This document shows positions 26,550 through 40,244 of a stretch of DNA of 64,000 bases, one piece after another (within the stretch, counting starts at the first letter, position 1; each line of letters begins with the position of its first letter). The stretch spans positions 195,052,001-195,116,000 of the forward strand of contig OX597814.1 in NCBI GenBank assembly GCA_951406725.2, written 5' to 3'. The DNA comes from Octopus vulgaris (taxonomy: Eukaryota). Made by a program: the position numbers and the translations under genes. The notes under the pieces are model-generated. The model was not told the origin of the DNA. It worked only from the letters and a program-made list of their open reading frames with translations, and ran no database searches.

Positions 26550-28199
26550 CTATATACATACAAAGCGCTATAATTGTCTTTATGGTCTCATGATTTGACA
26601 CCTCTGCCAATGGCTTCAATTATTATCAGCGAAGCACGACGCCCGAGTCAGAATGTGGATAAAGCATTTTTTAAAACTTTGTCAATAAGAAACACTTTTG
26701 AAAAAAAATGCAAAGAAAAAGAAAAAAAAACCCACCATTTCATAATTTTTTGTCTTGTCATTATAAGTAATCTTTGTATGATCACACTTCACAAAAAAAC
26801 ATAATAAAAGAATTCTTAAATTATATTCTTTTTTATTGTATCTTGGGAAGGGCATCGTGCTAATAACAGACACACGCACTGGCAGTATTTCATCTCTGTA
26901 ATATTATTATCATTAGTGAATCGTTGGCACGTGGGGCAAATTGCTTAGCAGCACTTCGTCTGTCTTTGTATTGCGTGCTCAATTTCATTCCAGGCCGCCT
27001 CGGCCTTTCATTGTTTGTCCTCTCTGTGTTTAACCCCTTATGGGTAGTAAAGAAATAGGTATTTCGTCTGCCGCTACATTCTGAGTTCAAATTCCGCCGA
27101 GGTCGACTTTGCCTTTCATCCTTTCGGGGTCGATTAAATAAGTACCAGTTACGCACTGGCGTCGATATAATCGACTTAATCCGTTTGTATGTCCTTGTTT
27201 GTCCCCACTGTGTTTAGCCCCTTGTGGGTAGTAAAGAAATAGGTATTTCGTCTGTTTTTACGTTCTGTGTTCAAATTCCGCCGAGGTCGACTTTGCCTTT
27301 CATTCTTTCGGGGTCGATAAAATAAGTACCAGTTGAATGCTAGTGTCGATGTTATCGACTTACACTCTCTCTTGCAATTGCTGACCTTGTGCCGAAATTT
27401 GAAATCAATATTATTATTATTAATGAATTGTTAGCACAGCGGGTAAAATGCTTAGGAGCAGTTCATGCGACTTTCCATCCTGAATTCGAATTCTTGCTCC
27501 TACCCTAAAATGGCTGGCCCTGTACCAAAATTTTAAGCCAAATCTCTCTATATATAAAGCTGAAGTTGTCTGTGTATGGCAGGTTTGGTAGCCTTCAACT
27601 AACACTGTCTCCTCCGAGACCCTGCGGCGCAAGTTGACCAAAATTGAGGGTATGATAGAAGAAGGCTTGCTCTTCCAATCTAGCAATCAATCAACTAGGT
27701 TCGTCGGAATCCGTTCGTCGTCATTCGCAAACTCATCAATGATATGCTCTCTCTAAAGGCGGCGAGCTGGCAGAAACGTTAGCACGCCGGGCGAAATTCT
27801 CAGCAGTATTTCGTCTGTCGCTACGTTCTGAGTTCAAATTCCGCCGAGGTCGACTTTGCCTTTCATTCTTTCGGGGTCGATTAAATAAGTACCAGTTACG
27901 CACAGGGATCGATATAATCGACTTAATCCGTTTGTCTGTCCTTGTTTGTCCTCTCTGTGTTTAGCCCCATGCCGTGACCCGAAGCAGACCTAGACTCATT
28001 GATGAGGTCGTGAATGGCGACGAAATGACTTTGACGAACCAAGCTCACTGGTTGACTGACCGACCGCTAAACATTTTGTTCGACGCGCTAAACATTCTCC
28101 CAGCTCGTCACCTTCTTATGATATAATATTGAATTCAAATTTTGGTATAAGAAAAATTCGAAAATTCGAGAGAGGAGATAAGTTCAACTAATTCCTTTG

Positions 28200-28520
28200 T
28201 GGAGGCGTAATGGCCCAGTGGTTCGGGCAGCGGACTCGCGGTCGGAGGGTCGCGGTTTCGATTCCCAGGCCGGGCGTTGTGTGTGTTTATTGAGCGAAAA
28301 TACCTAAAAAGCTCCACGGGGCTCCGGCAGGGGGTGATGGCGACCCCTGTTGTACTCTTTCGTCCCAACTTTCTCTCACTCTTTCTTCCTGTTTCTTGAG
28401 TAACGCTGCGATGGACTGGCGTCCCGTCCAGCTGGGTCGGGGAACACATTCGACGCAGAAAGCGGGAAACCGGGCCCATGAGCCTAGCTAGGCTTAAAAA
28501 GGGCGTATAAATAAATAAAA
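28200..28520 (+). mobile_element. SINE family C, tail type iii (V-domain-like)
   Basis: Family-C head, then GCTGCGATGGACTGGCGTCCCGTCCAG, ending in (TAAA)n. Confidence 0.75.
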
Positions 28521-28877
28521 GTACTTACTTTAACAGCCCCGAGAGGATGAAAGGCAATGTCGACTCAGAACACAAAGAAGAACGAAATGCTGCTAAACAT
28601 TTTGCACTGCACAGTAACAATTCAGCCAGCTCGCCGCCTTCTTAAAATACAATATATATATAAAAAAAAAATTAATTGAAAACGATTTCATTCATTACTC
28701 TACTGGTTCAGGTGTTAAATGGTTTGTCATTGCCTGTTGTCAATAAATGATTTGCATTGCACATATCGTCAGCCACTAAGGGACATGCTCAACTGGTTAA
28801 GGTCAAACAACTGACAAGCAAATCTGTGGTATTGAGCAGAATATTTGCTATAGCCCATCTCTTATACCAAGACAAAA

Positions 28878-28926
<49 letters not shown>

Positions 28927-29369
28927 TGTTAACGTCCATTTTCCATACTGGACCAGCTTGATAGTTTGGCGGGATCTGATGTATCAGAGAACAGTGTTCT
29001 ACTCCAATGCCTGCTTTGGAATGGTTTTTTTTCAACCGGTTGCTCTTCCTAACGCCAACCACTTTACATATTGTATCGCTTGCTTTTTTTTTGTGTGTGG
29101 CACCAGCACATGTGAGATCGCCCTGTATCTCTCAAAACTAAGATCTTCCTCGACTGAGTGAAACTACAGTAGAGCGAGGATAACTTTATGCTTGGGATGG
29201 ACGAAAGGTTAGAGTATGAAGGAAGAGTCAAGAACAGATTTCTTGCTGCAGAGGAGATACATGGCAGCTCGCATTATACAAGTGTAGGTAGGGGTAATCG
29301 TCTTCGAGCTGGAAGTACTGATAAAAATGATGGTGAGGAATGAAGGCGGGCTCAGGAGGCAGAAGATTA

Positions 29370-30330
29370 TTTATTTATTTATTGCCCACTGGGGGCTAAA
29401 CACAGAGAGGACAAACAAGGACAGGCAAAGGGATTTAGGTCGATTACATCGACTCCAGTGCGTAACTAGTACTTATTTAATCGATCCCGAAAGGATGAAA
29501 GGCTAAGTCGACCTCGGTGGAATTTGAACGTAGCGGCAGGCGAAATACCGCTAAGCATTTCGTCCGGCGTGCTAACGATTCTACCAGTTCGCTGCCTTAG
29601 CGTAATAATAATCACAAGGCCCGAAATTTTTGTTGTAGGGGCCAGTCGATTACTTAATTTATCGATCCCGAAAGGATGAAAGGTAAAGTGAACCTCGGCG
29701 GAATTTGAACTCAGAACGTAAAGACAGACGAAATACCTATTTTTTTACTACCCACAAGGGGCTAAACACAGAGGGGACAAACAAGGACAGACAAAGAGAT
29801 GAAGTCGATTACATCTACCCCAGTGCGTAACTGGTACTTATTTAATCCACCCCGAAAGGATGAAAGGCAAAGTCGACCTCGGCGGAATTTGAACTCAGAA
29901 CGTAACGACAGACGAAATACGGCTACGCATTTCGCCCGGCGTGCTAACGTTTCTGCCAGCTCGCCGCCTTAACGTAATAATAATCTTTTCTACTCTAGGC
30001 ACAAGGCCCGAAATTTTGGGGGGAGGGGGCTAGTCGATTAGATCGACCCCAGTACGTAACTGGTACTTAATTTATCGACTGCGAAAGGATGAAAGGCAAA
30101 GTTGACCGCGTGCTAACGTTTCTTATTTCTTTACTGCCCGCAAGGGGCTAGACACAGAAGGGGCAAACAAGGACAGACCAGTGCGTAACTGGTACTTAAT
30201 TTATCGACCCCAAAAGGATGAAAGGCAAAGTCGACCTCGGCGGAATTTGAGCCCAGAACGTAGCGGCAGACGAAATACTGCTACGCTTTTCGCCCGGCGT
30301 GCTAACGTTTCTGCCAGCTCGCCGCCTTTG
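29370..30330 (-). mobile_element. Cluster of family A SINE units
   Basis: At least five partial or complete units in the same orientation. Confidence 0.8.
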
Positions 30331-30659
30331 GTTAGTCGCACACATTAAATAAATATGATTCGACTGAACTACAAAATCAACCAGAAGAATTTGATTGAAA
30401 TAGCTCTTTCCTTTTTCAGATATTGCCTTCAATTTTATGTAAATATTGAAAAATTAAAAAAAAAAAAAAACGACGAAAAATGAAAGCAGACAACAGAACA
30501 ATTGAATGCACGCCATTGTTATTTAGATTTAATATTTGCCCATTTTCACATCTCATATGTTGCTGTCATTGTTATTGTCATGGAAGATATGTGACTGATG
30601 TATTTAAACAACAAAACTGTCACCATACAGCAGTTTAATGAATATATACATATACATAC

Positions 30660-30718
<59 letters not shown>

Positions 30719-30719
<1 letters not shown>

Positions 30720-31354
30720 TAGCAGTATCGCCCGGCGTTGCTCGGGTTTGTAAAGGAAATAACTATATAAGCATTTTTAGAGAGTTATAGCCAAAAAATA
30801 GCAAAAAATGCATTAAAAATGGAAAAAATATGATGGTAAATTTTTTTTTAAATCGTTGACTCATCGTAGACATTTTTAGAGAGTTACTTCCCTTATATAA
30901 TAGCGAAAAAATGCATTAAAATGGGAAAAAAACGATGGTAAATTTTTTTTAAATCGTAGACTCATGTAGACGCTTTCTTAGCCATTTCTGTTTTGGTGTC
31001 TTCAAGCCATGAAGTCGTTGTTCTAAAAGAACACTGGTCTCCTTGACAACGCATTACGACGTTGATTTCCTTACACTCCCTTCCCCACAGGTGCAGGTGT
31101 GAGCGTGGACGCCAACTCCGCCGCCATCGACACACGAAAAATTATGCATTAAAATGGAATAAAAAATGATGTTAAATTATTTTTAAAATCGTAGACTCAT
31201 CGTAGACGCGCGCTAATATTCAGACGGGCTCGATATGAATCACGACTATAAGCTACCCGAATTTGGTTAAACTGTACCGCAAAATGTGGGAGTAGTTAGG
31301 AATCTAAATCGAAGGGGACAGACACTCACACAACTACAGTTTTATATATATAGA
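30719..31354 (-). mobile_element. Non-autonomous Helitron
   Basis: Same CTAG/hairpin terminus as 24371; other end reads A|TCTATATATA on minus; internal tandem subrepeats. Confidence 0.75.
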
Positions 31355-31399
31355 TATACATAGCGCAGTAGTGGTGAGATATAACAGCAAAGAAAAGCA

Positions 31400-31725
31400 T
31401 ACATTCACTCTCTGCATGCAATTAGACTCGGAAAGTTCATGAGGAACCCATTGACCCAATTTGCTGACTTTTCCGATAGCACACAGGTGTCAATGAATGG
31501 TTGAATGACCAAATCCAAGCTTCTCTGCTAGTTCCTCAACAGTTACGATGATATTTTGTTCCACCAGGGTTTTCAGGATGTCCTTGTCGAGTTCTACAGA
31601 TCTTTCCGGATGAGGCTCGTCTTCTAGGCTGTAGTTTATGGCTCGGGATTTCTGGAACCACCATTGACACTGCCTTACGCTTATTGTCCAATCCCCATAT
31701 ACTGCATTAATATTTCTTGTACTTT
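31400..31725 (-). pseudogene. Mariner transposase N-terminal (HTH) remnant
   Basis: INAVYGDWTISVRQCQWWFQK..SLEDEPHPER..TVEELAEKLGFGHSTIH. Confidence 0.85.
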
Positions 31726-32038
31726 GCACACATTTATATTCTGTTATTCTTTTATATGTTTCAGCCTTGAGGTTGTGGCCATGCTGGATCATGTGTGTGT
31801 GTGTGTGTGTCTATCTGTCTGTCTGTCTGTATGTATATATGTATATGTATGTGTGTGAACAATAATATTTTCAACAGATGTGTTGCAAATGTATCTGATT
31901 GTTCTCAAGCTTCAATACTGTGTGTGTGTGTATGTGTGTGTGTGTATGTATGTATGTATATGTATGTATGTATGTATATGTATGTATGTATGTATGTGTG
32001 TATGTATGTATGTGTGTGTGTATGTATGTGTGTGTGTA

Positions 32039-32075
<37 letters not shown>

Positions 32076-34282
32076 ATGTATGTATGTATGTATGTATGAG
32101 TGTATGTTTACTTTATTACTAATTACTCTCTTCCAAGAACATTTTCACTCACTCTTAGCTCTTAGCTTCCCATACATTTTACTCATATATCTATCAGCGT
32201 CATAGACAGAATACTTTCACTTTAGTCTTCCTCAAATCCCTCTGTCGCTATTTACTTTCATTTTATTCGTTGCCCACTGTGTGTGTGCGTTTGCGTGTGG
32301 TGTAAACCAGACTAAGAAAAGCATTTGACACACACACCAGAATGTGAGTTTTCTGTAAATTTTGCTTAATTGGAGTTTAAATTTTAAAAACTGGACCTGG
32401 CATGACGCGATGCATTGTACTCTCAAAAATGCCAGGTAAATTGTAATTGAAGAAATCCTATATTGTAGATTTGTATAACTCCCAAAGGGAGGCAGATAAA
32501 ATCTGCCTTTTATAATAAGAGATATATATGAATATATGAAGAATTGACGTCATGTGTTCAAGTAAAGTTGTTTTGTTCTAAATTGTAAAACAATGAAAAA
32601 AAACTCGTTGTTTTATACGTCAATCTGTGTGTTTGTGTGTGAACAGATGTATAATTTTAGTCTGATCTGCCACATGTTACATTTACTAATGTAATACAAC
32701 CCTAGATATTTATTTTGCTTTTGTACTTAATTACTGTGTAAAAAAATTGGAATCTCATTGTATTCTTTTGCTATTGGCTTTATGTGACAACTGGTGTATG
32801 TTAGGAGTACAATTCTAAAAGTACAATGCAGTTTCGAATCTCACCTGCAGACGTTTCATTTCTCTTCGTGATTAATATCTTTGAGAAAAGCATACTCGCG
32901 ATTCCATCTTCACTGGGCTGGTCGATTACACTGAACTCTCAGCTGATACTTATTTTATTGACCCCGAAAGGATTAAATCGACCTCGGCAGAATTTGAACT
33001 CAGAAAGTCAAAGAGCCAGAAAAATGCCGTTAAGTATTTTGTCCGGCGTGCTAACGATTCGCTGCCTTCTTCATAGAGATTATTCTTATTTACTCTAGGC
33101 ACAAGCCCCGAAATTCGGTGGGAGGAGGCCAGTCGATTAGATCGATCGCAGTATGCAACTGGTACTGAATTTTGCGATCCAGAAAGGATGAAAGGCAAAG
33201 TTGACCTTGGCAGAATTTGAACTCAGAACATAAAGACGGACGAAATACCACTAAGCATTTCGCCCGCCGAGCTAACGTTTCTACCAGCTCGCCGCCTTTA
33301 ATAATCTTTTCTACTCTAGGCTCAAGGCCCGAAATTTTTGGGGAGGGGACCAGTCAATTAGATCAACCCTAGTACGCAACTGGTACTTAATTTATCAACC
33401 CCGAAAGGATGAAAGGCAAAGTCGATCTTTTCATCTAATTATCGGCTCCAAATTTTGACACAAGGCCAGTAATTTCGGTCGAGGGGTAAGTCAATTACAT
33501 CGACCTCAGTGTTAAACTGGTACTTGCTTTATCGACCCGAAGGGATGAAAGGCAAAGTCAATTTCCATGGTATTTGAACTCAGAACGGAATGTCGGAACA
33601 AATGTTGTTAAATCATTTTCCCGGAGCAGTAATGATTCTGCCAGCTCTCTGTTATCATGAGGCCACTCATTTCACATCTTATATCTTTATTGCCCACAAG
33701 GGGCTACACACAGAGGGGACGAATAAGGACAGACAAACGGCTTAAGTCGATTATATCGACCCCAGTGCGTAACTGGTACTTATTTAATCGACCCTGAAAA
33801 GATGAAAGGCAAAGTCGACCTCGGCGGAATTTGAACTCAGAACGTAGCGCAGACGAAGTACCGCTAAGCATTTCGCCCGGCGTGCTAACGCTTCTGCCAG
33901 CTCAACGCCTTAGCCCATCTTATACTACAAACCTTACCCTCTTACAATCCTTACTAATTAAGCCATCTAATATGACGAATGAGCTAACTGAGCGTACATT
34001 TGTCAGTTTTTCACGGACTATTATTGACAATAATTTGCTTCACATTTTCCCAACCGTTAAATAGGTAACCTCGATATGTCATTCCTAAATCTTCATACGA
34101 CTAATGCCCTTAATCTCCGAACACTAAATAGTTCAGCTAGCTTACGATCCACATGGTTCTGGGTTCAGTCCCACTGCGTGGCACCTTGGGCAAGTGTCGT
34201 CTACTATAGCCTCGGGCCGACCAAAGCTTTGTGAGTGGATTTGGTAGACGGAAACTGAAAGAAGCCCGTCATATATATATAT

Positions 34283-34415
<133 letters not shown>

Positions 34416-34684
34416 TTGAGTCTGTTTGTCCCCCAACATCGCTTGACAACCGATGCTGGTGTGCTTACGTCCCCGTAACTTAGCGGTTTGGCAAAAGAGA
34501 CCGATAGAATAAGTACTAGGTTTACAAAGAATAAGTCCTGGGGGTCGATTTGCTCGACTAAAGGCGGTGCTCCAGTATGGCCACAGTCAAATGACTGAAA
34601 CAAGTAAAAGAGTAAAAGAGAGTTGCACGGTAACTGTTACGGGGCAGACAACACTTTCTATAACATCTGGAGGAAGTAACTCAC

Positions 34685-34728
34685 CGTTACCAACTGGGAA
34701 GTGTTTATGTATTCAACTGCAACACCTA
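34685..34728 (-). CDS. Candidate micro-exon ((I)GVAVEYINTSQLVT)
   Basis: NAGNAG acceptor after a pyrimidine tract; strong donor ACG|gtgagt; only one open frame (phase 1 to 0). Confidence 0.35.
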
Positions 34729-34984
34729 CTACATGAACACCGGGAAAAGCAAATAATGCCTCCTTATATCGCGGGATTCATTTAACACAGCCAGCTGTTT
34801 TCGACAAATGTCATGTGGACCTATCTTTCTCGAGATATTTTTATAAAAAGATTTCAACCCAACAGTGTAAATTAACGAAATACTTTTCAATTAATTCTAC
34901 GGCGTTACCGTTGCGTGTAGCTCCGAGATGAAAATGATATTGCGGTACCATACCCGTCACTTGCAAGCTAGTATGACCTGGTTG

Positions 34985-36795
34985 CAGTGGTGGCTCGTAG
35001 GTAAAATTAGTTGGGGTGTTGGTTCAGAAAAGTTTTAGCCGTTGTTTTAATATTGAGTAAAAGGAAACAAACTTAACTAGTGGATCTTGCAGGCATGGCG
35101 TGGATTCGATCCTAGATAGCCAAATCTAAATTAACAGTTCAACAGCACTTTTCTCACGGTAAAACAATAGTTTTTCTGTGACAGTAGTTACATTTGCCAG
35201 ATGCCTTAGCTAAGCAAAATAATGTCTTCACCACTTGACCTTAATAACCTCTTCTATTTCACCAATAGCTAGAATAGAGATATCACAGACCTCCAACAAA
35301 ATCTATTGTTCTCAACGATATGTTTATCCTTCTGGATAGTTATAAAGACAAGAACCCCCAAGCAAAAGCGAGTTAGTGAGAACCCGAGTTAGTGAGAGCA
35401 ACCATCAGTTAGTGAACGGGCAACTAGTCTTGGCCACAAGCAGGCATATACAAAAGACAAATGGTCAGAGGGAGAAAGTTATATTCAGCCAACTATGAGA
35501 CACAACTTACCTCGACTCTATAACTTTCACTTGCTCAATTTATTTTCTTTTACAACATCATTCTATCTCTATCTGTGAATTAATACTACGAGAACCTGAA
35601 CACACATACTGACCAAAATCAACTTTTTTTTACCTCGCATGTTTTCCATTTACTACTTATACATACCAATCCGTAAGGCGGCGAGCTGGCAGAAACGTTA
35701 GCACGCTGGGTGAAATGCGTAGCCGTATTTCGTCTGTCGTTACGTTCTGAGTTCAAATTCCGCCGAGGTCGACTTTGCCTTTCATCCTTTTTGGGTCGAT
35801 AAATAAAGTACCACTTTCGCACTGGGGTCGATGTAATCGACTTAATTCTTTTGTTTGTCCTTGTTTGTCCCCTCTATGTTTAGTTCCTTGTGGGCAGTAA
35901 AGAAATATATACATACCAACCCGTCGTGGTTTTGGATATATACAATAAAACGGTAAAAAAATTTTCTTTACAACTTCAATCACTGTTCTTTCATCTTTAC
36001 ATAATGGCAATCAGCTAACAACAAACCATTACATATTATGATCCTCGACTTCAACGAAGAACTAACCGTTACAAAAGTGGTGACGACTCCGACGGTCCAT
36101 ATTATTGTTTACAAATTAATCTCAACCTTTATGAAACTAATTTTCAACCGTTACAAAATAAATTTCTACTGTTACAAATTGGTGACCCTCGACATAATTC
36201 GAACACACAGCCTTCTGATATAAACTTGATCGGTTCGCGTTTTAGCCACTGCCGGGTAATGTGTTTAATTTGTTCACTGAACACCGCCGCGAATTCCCCT
36301 TGTTTTTCAAAAATCCCCCCTTAATCACAGAATAAGGGGGGAAAATCTGACCTACTTTTCAAATCCTGGCAGTAACACTGTAGCCGGACGCAGGAAAATA
36401 ATCTAATTCTACACTTTATCACTTTCAAGAATATCAACATGTTTTTAAGTACAACACACGTGGAGTCAAAAAGAAACACTACCTTTCACCAGCACATCAG
36501 GGTCGGCACTGCACGAGCCACAGTGCCCTCTCTCCCTAGCGTGTAGCTTCCTATCTTGGACAAGTGAGCATGCGCACAACAGCCAAACACTGCATCACTG
36601 GGATCGTGAAGTGCACAGTTCTATACAAGGATTTTTGCATTTTTTTCACAAACTAGGGGATGGCTACTGACATTAAGCTCAAAGATTATAAAATGTACAA
36701 ATATAAAGAAAGAATTAAAGAAAAAGTTTTCGATAATATCGAGTGGAAATAGGGGGTGCTGCAGTTCCGCAGTGCCTATACACGAGCCGTCATTG
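34985..36795. mobile_element. Non-autonomous hAT-type element with 8-bp TSD
   Basis: TIRs CAGTGGTGGCTCGT / ACGAGCCGTCATTG; TSD CCTGGTTG at 34977-34984 and 36796-36803; SINE A nested at 35674-35907. Confidence 0.85.
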
Positions 36796-38488
36796 CCTGG
36801 TTGTATTTTCTGCTTTTCTTAATTGTTTTCGGCACTTTCGAAGTTACGAACAGACGTAGAAACTTTTTGGATCTTTTACCTTTTACTTGTTTCAGCCATT
36901 AGACTGCGGCCATGCTGGGGTACCGGCTTGAATTTTTAGTCGAATGAATCGACCTGAAGAATTATTTTTTTAAGCCTGGTACTTATTCTAACGGACTTTT
37001 TTGCCGAACCGCTAGGTTACCTGGATGTAAATACACCAATACTAGTCCTCAAGCGGTGATGGTGGGGACAAACACAGACAGAAAACATGTACATACATAC
37101 ATGTGTGTGTATGTGTGTATATATGCAACGGGCTTCTTTCAGTTTCCGTCTACCAAATCCACTTATAAAACTCTGAGGCTATAGTAGAAAACACTTGCTC
37201 AAGGCGTCACACCGTGGGACTGAACTCGTAACTTTGTGGTTGAGAAGCAAGCTTTTTACCACGCAGCCACGCCTGCGATTAAGGAAGAATTCCCTGAACC
37301 AAGAGTAATTTACTGCAACTGCATCTACATTCAATTGTTAAGGAAACCCCTCCAGTCCATTCCGATACAGAAAGGAACAAATCTGTCGTTTCTGACAAGG
37401 GTTCCTTTAATTAAGTCGCCCTATCTCCGGCTGTGATAGAGTAATACATGTAGGAAAAGCCTGTGACTTTGCAATTTGCCCTGAGGGTCATTCAGATTTT
37501 GTCGATTCTTTTGTTATTTAGACGATGATTGTGAAGACGCGTGGCTTAGTGGTTAGGGTATTCGGCTCGCGATCGTAAGGACGTGTGTTCAATTCCTGGC
37601 GACGCGTTGTGTCCTTGAGCAAGACACTTTTTTCCACGTTGTTCCAGTTCACTCAGCTGGTAAAAATGAGTAGTATTTGTATTTCAAAAGGCCAGTACTG
37701 TCACATTCTGTATCACGCTGAATCTCCTCCAGAACTACATTAAGGGGACATGTGTCTGTGGAGTGCTCAGCCACTTGCGCGTTAATTTCACGAGCAGGAT
37801 CTTCCGTTGATCGGATCAGTTGGAGCACTTGTCGTCGTAAGCGACGAAATTCCAGTGCCAGACAATGATTGCCGAAAGAAGATGGAGTTAGTTCAGTGCA
37901 CGCTACATCCAGGCAGAAGAGAGTTTTGATTGAAAAAAAAAAAAGAAAAGAAAACGAAAAAAAAACAACAAAAAACAAAAACAAAACAAAAATAAAACAA
38001 AAGCCCCAGCATGGCTGCAGTCTACTGACTGAAACAAGTAAAAGATAAAAGATCCAAAAAGTCTCTACGTCTGCTCGTAACTACGAAGGTGCCGAAAACA
38101 ATTAAGAAAAGCATAATATACAACCAGGCCACACAGGCATATATACAAAGGCACGCCTGAGGCACGCACACAGAGGCGCGCATTGAGGCACACACATGCA
38201 CGATACGACATGCTTCCTTATAGTTTCTGCCTACCAAATTTGACAAGGAATTAGTCACTCCGCTATTGCAATAGCAAATGATGCTTGTCCAAACGTGTCG
38301 CGCAATGCGATCCTACCCGGAACCACATGGTGGTATAGAGCGAACTTCCTATCTTATACAACCAAGCCTGCATCCATATCATATATATATGAAGCCATAA
38401 GAAAAACTGCCGACATTTTCTCTCGTTTAGTTTTCCGACAAACCAGCTGACATATCAAAACAGTATTTTGTTAAGATTTCCTAATTAC

Positions 38489-38518
38489 TTCCCTGCAGAT
38501 TTTTCCAGAAGAAATCAA
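38489..38518 (-). CDS. Candidate 30-nt micro-exon ((F)DFFWKNLQG)
   Basis: Acceptor ttatttgcttcag, donor GAA|gtaatt, phase 1 to 1. Confidence 0.25.
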
Positions 38519-39514
38519 CTGAAGCAAATAATGAAAGCATTTATTTTAGCTGACACTATTTTCATTCTTATTAATGCCTCCTGTTTTCCACCAACGGTTA
38601 AATGAAAAACAGCGAGAAAAGTAAAGCGAGCGAAGCAGCGTGTGAGCCTTCAAGTGGTCATATGATATACTAGAAATAGCAGTCAAATTTTCCACAAGGC
38701 ACAGTATTTTAAAAAGAAAAAAAAAAAGGGGGATACTTTGGATAGATAATGCAGTCCTTGATACACTGACTGAATAAAGGTCAACTGGACCAAAACTGAC
38801 CTGGGCTAAACAGCAGTATGGCGACTACGACGACATCAGCAAATCAACAAAGGGGCTTTTTTTTGAAGATTTCCATCCTGCAAGTAATAGCAGTCAAATG
38901 ACATCCCCACTAGCGCCTTAACAAACGAAAGACATTGGATCAGGAAGTTAGAGATTATATCTGAAGGAAGAAAATGGAATGAACACAACTAGAACACCTT
39001 TGATCATAAGTCTGCTGGCTCAGTACTAACCTGGGGCTAAATGACATCAACAAAAACGAGGGAACCCCCATGTGGTTTCTCATTCTACCAGAAATAGCAG
39101 ACCATTCACATTCTGCTACTTTAACGAAAGAAGGAAATATTGCATAAAGTAGTCTTAGAAATATTTGGTTGGGATAAAAGATGGAAAAGTCACAACTGGA
39201 ACGCCTATGATTTTAAGTCGTCTGGAACAGGGTGGAATTTGTACTAAACAACAGCAAAGCCAACAGCTACAGCAAAGAACATATTTATTGTAAACTGTAA
39301 ATTCTGAGGTAACCCAATCAAATTATATTTATATTTTCATCCAAAATGGAGACGAACACAATTTTTTCATGTGATCGGCTTGAAAATCTGTTAAGATATT
39401 AAGATGATTGTCTTAACATGAAACCAATGGTAGCTTTAATACACAAATAAATAAATTTTATCCACCAATGCAGTATTGATCACCCATTCTCGTCATCTGA
39501 AATTTACGCATACA

Positions 39515-39545
<31 letters not shown>

Positions 39546-39590
39546 GTGTGTGTGTGCATAAATTAAAACTGAGAACAAATTTAAATAATA

Positions 39591-39700
39591 CTAGCAGTAT
39601 CGCCCGGTGTTGTTCGGGTTTGTTTCGATCCTTTAGAATTGGAATTTTTGAAAAGTAAAACCTGCCATACACAGACAACTTCAGCTTTGTATATATAGAT
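39591..39700 (-). mobile_element. Miniature Helitron (internal deletion derivative of the 55567-55962 family)
   Basis: First ~70 bp and last ~40 bp of the longer copy are joined at AAA; 5' TC and 3' CTAG ends. Confidence 0.8.
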
Positions 39701-40244
39701 TAATATCTGAAGACTATTTCTTTATAATGCAACACTAATGAAGTCATTTCGTGGTTTCAAAGTATATCAGGGTAGAGACAGACCAAGCTTCATCCAAATC
39801 GATGTACTGAACTATTATCAACATCGAGAGAGCGTTTTTGCATCTGGTTTGGAAGATTCTTTATTGACACAACAAAATCGAGAGAGCAGAGTTCCAGTTT
39901 CGATTCCTCTGGTGCGGCATTTCGGATGTCTTCTTTCAAATATATTAGAAAGTAAGCTTGCACTGGTCAGAATGTTACCGTTAGTTTCGTACCGACTATT
40001 GGACTTGACAATGCTAGTTTCAAATTTTGGTACGAAATCTGCAATTTCGGGGAAGGGGATAAGTCAGTTACATCCACCCCAGTACTCAACTTATAGTGTC
40101 AACCCCGTGAGGAAGAAAAGCAAAGTCGACCTCGGTGGAATTTGAACTCAAAATGTAAAGACGGACGAAATGTTGCTAAGCATTTCGCCCGGTGTGTTAA
40201 CGTTTCTGCCAGCTCGCCGCCTTAAGACATATTGAAGGTATTCT

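Noticed and set aside
39790-39935. Minus-strand frame ending KRSLDVDNSSVHRFG* (RFamide-like)
   Set aside because: Single motif with no signal peptide or supporting exon; compatible with chance.
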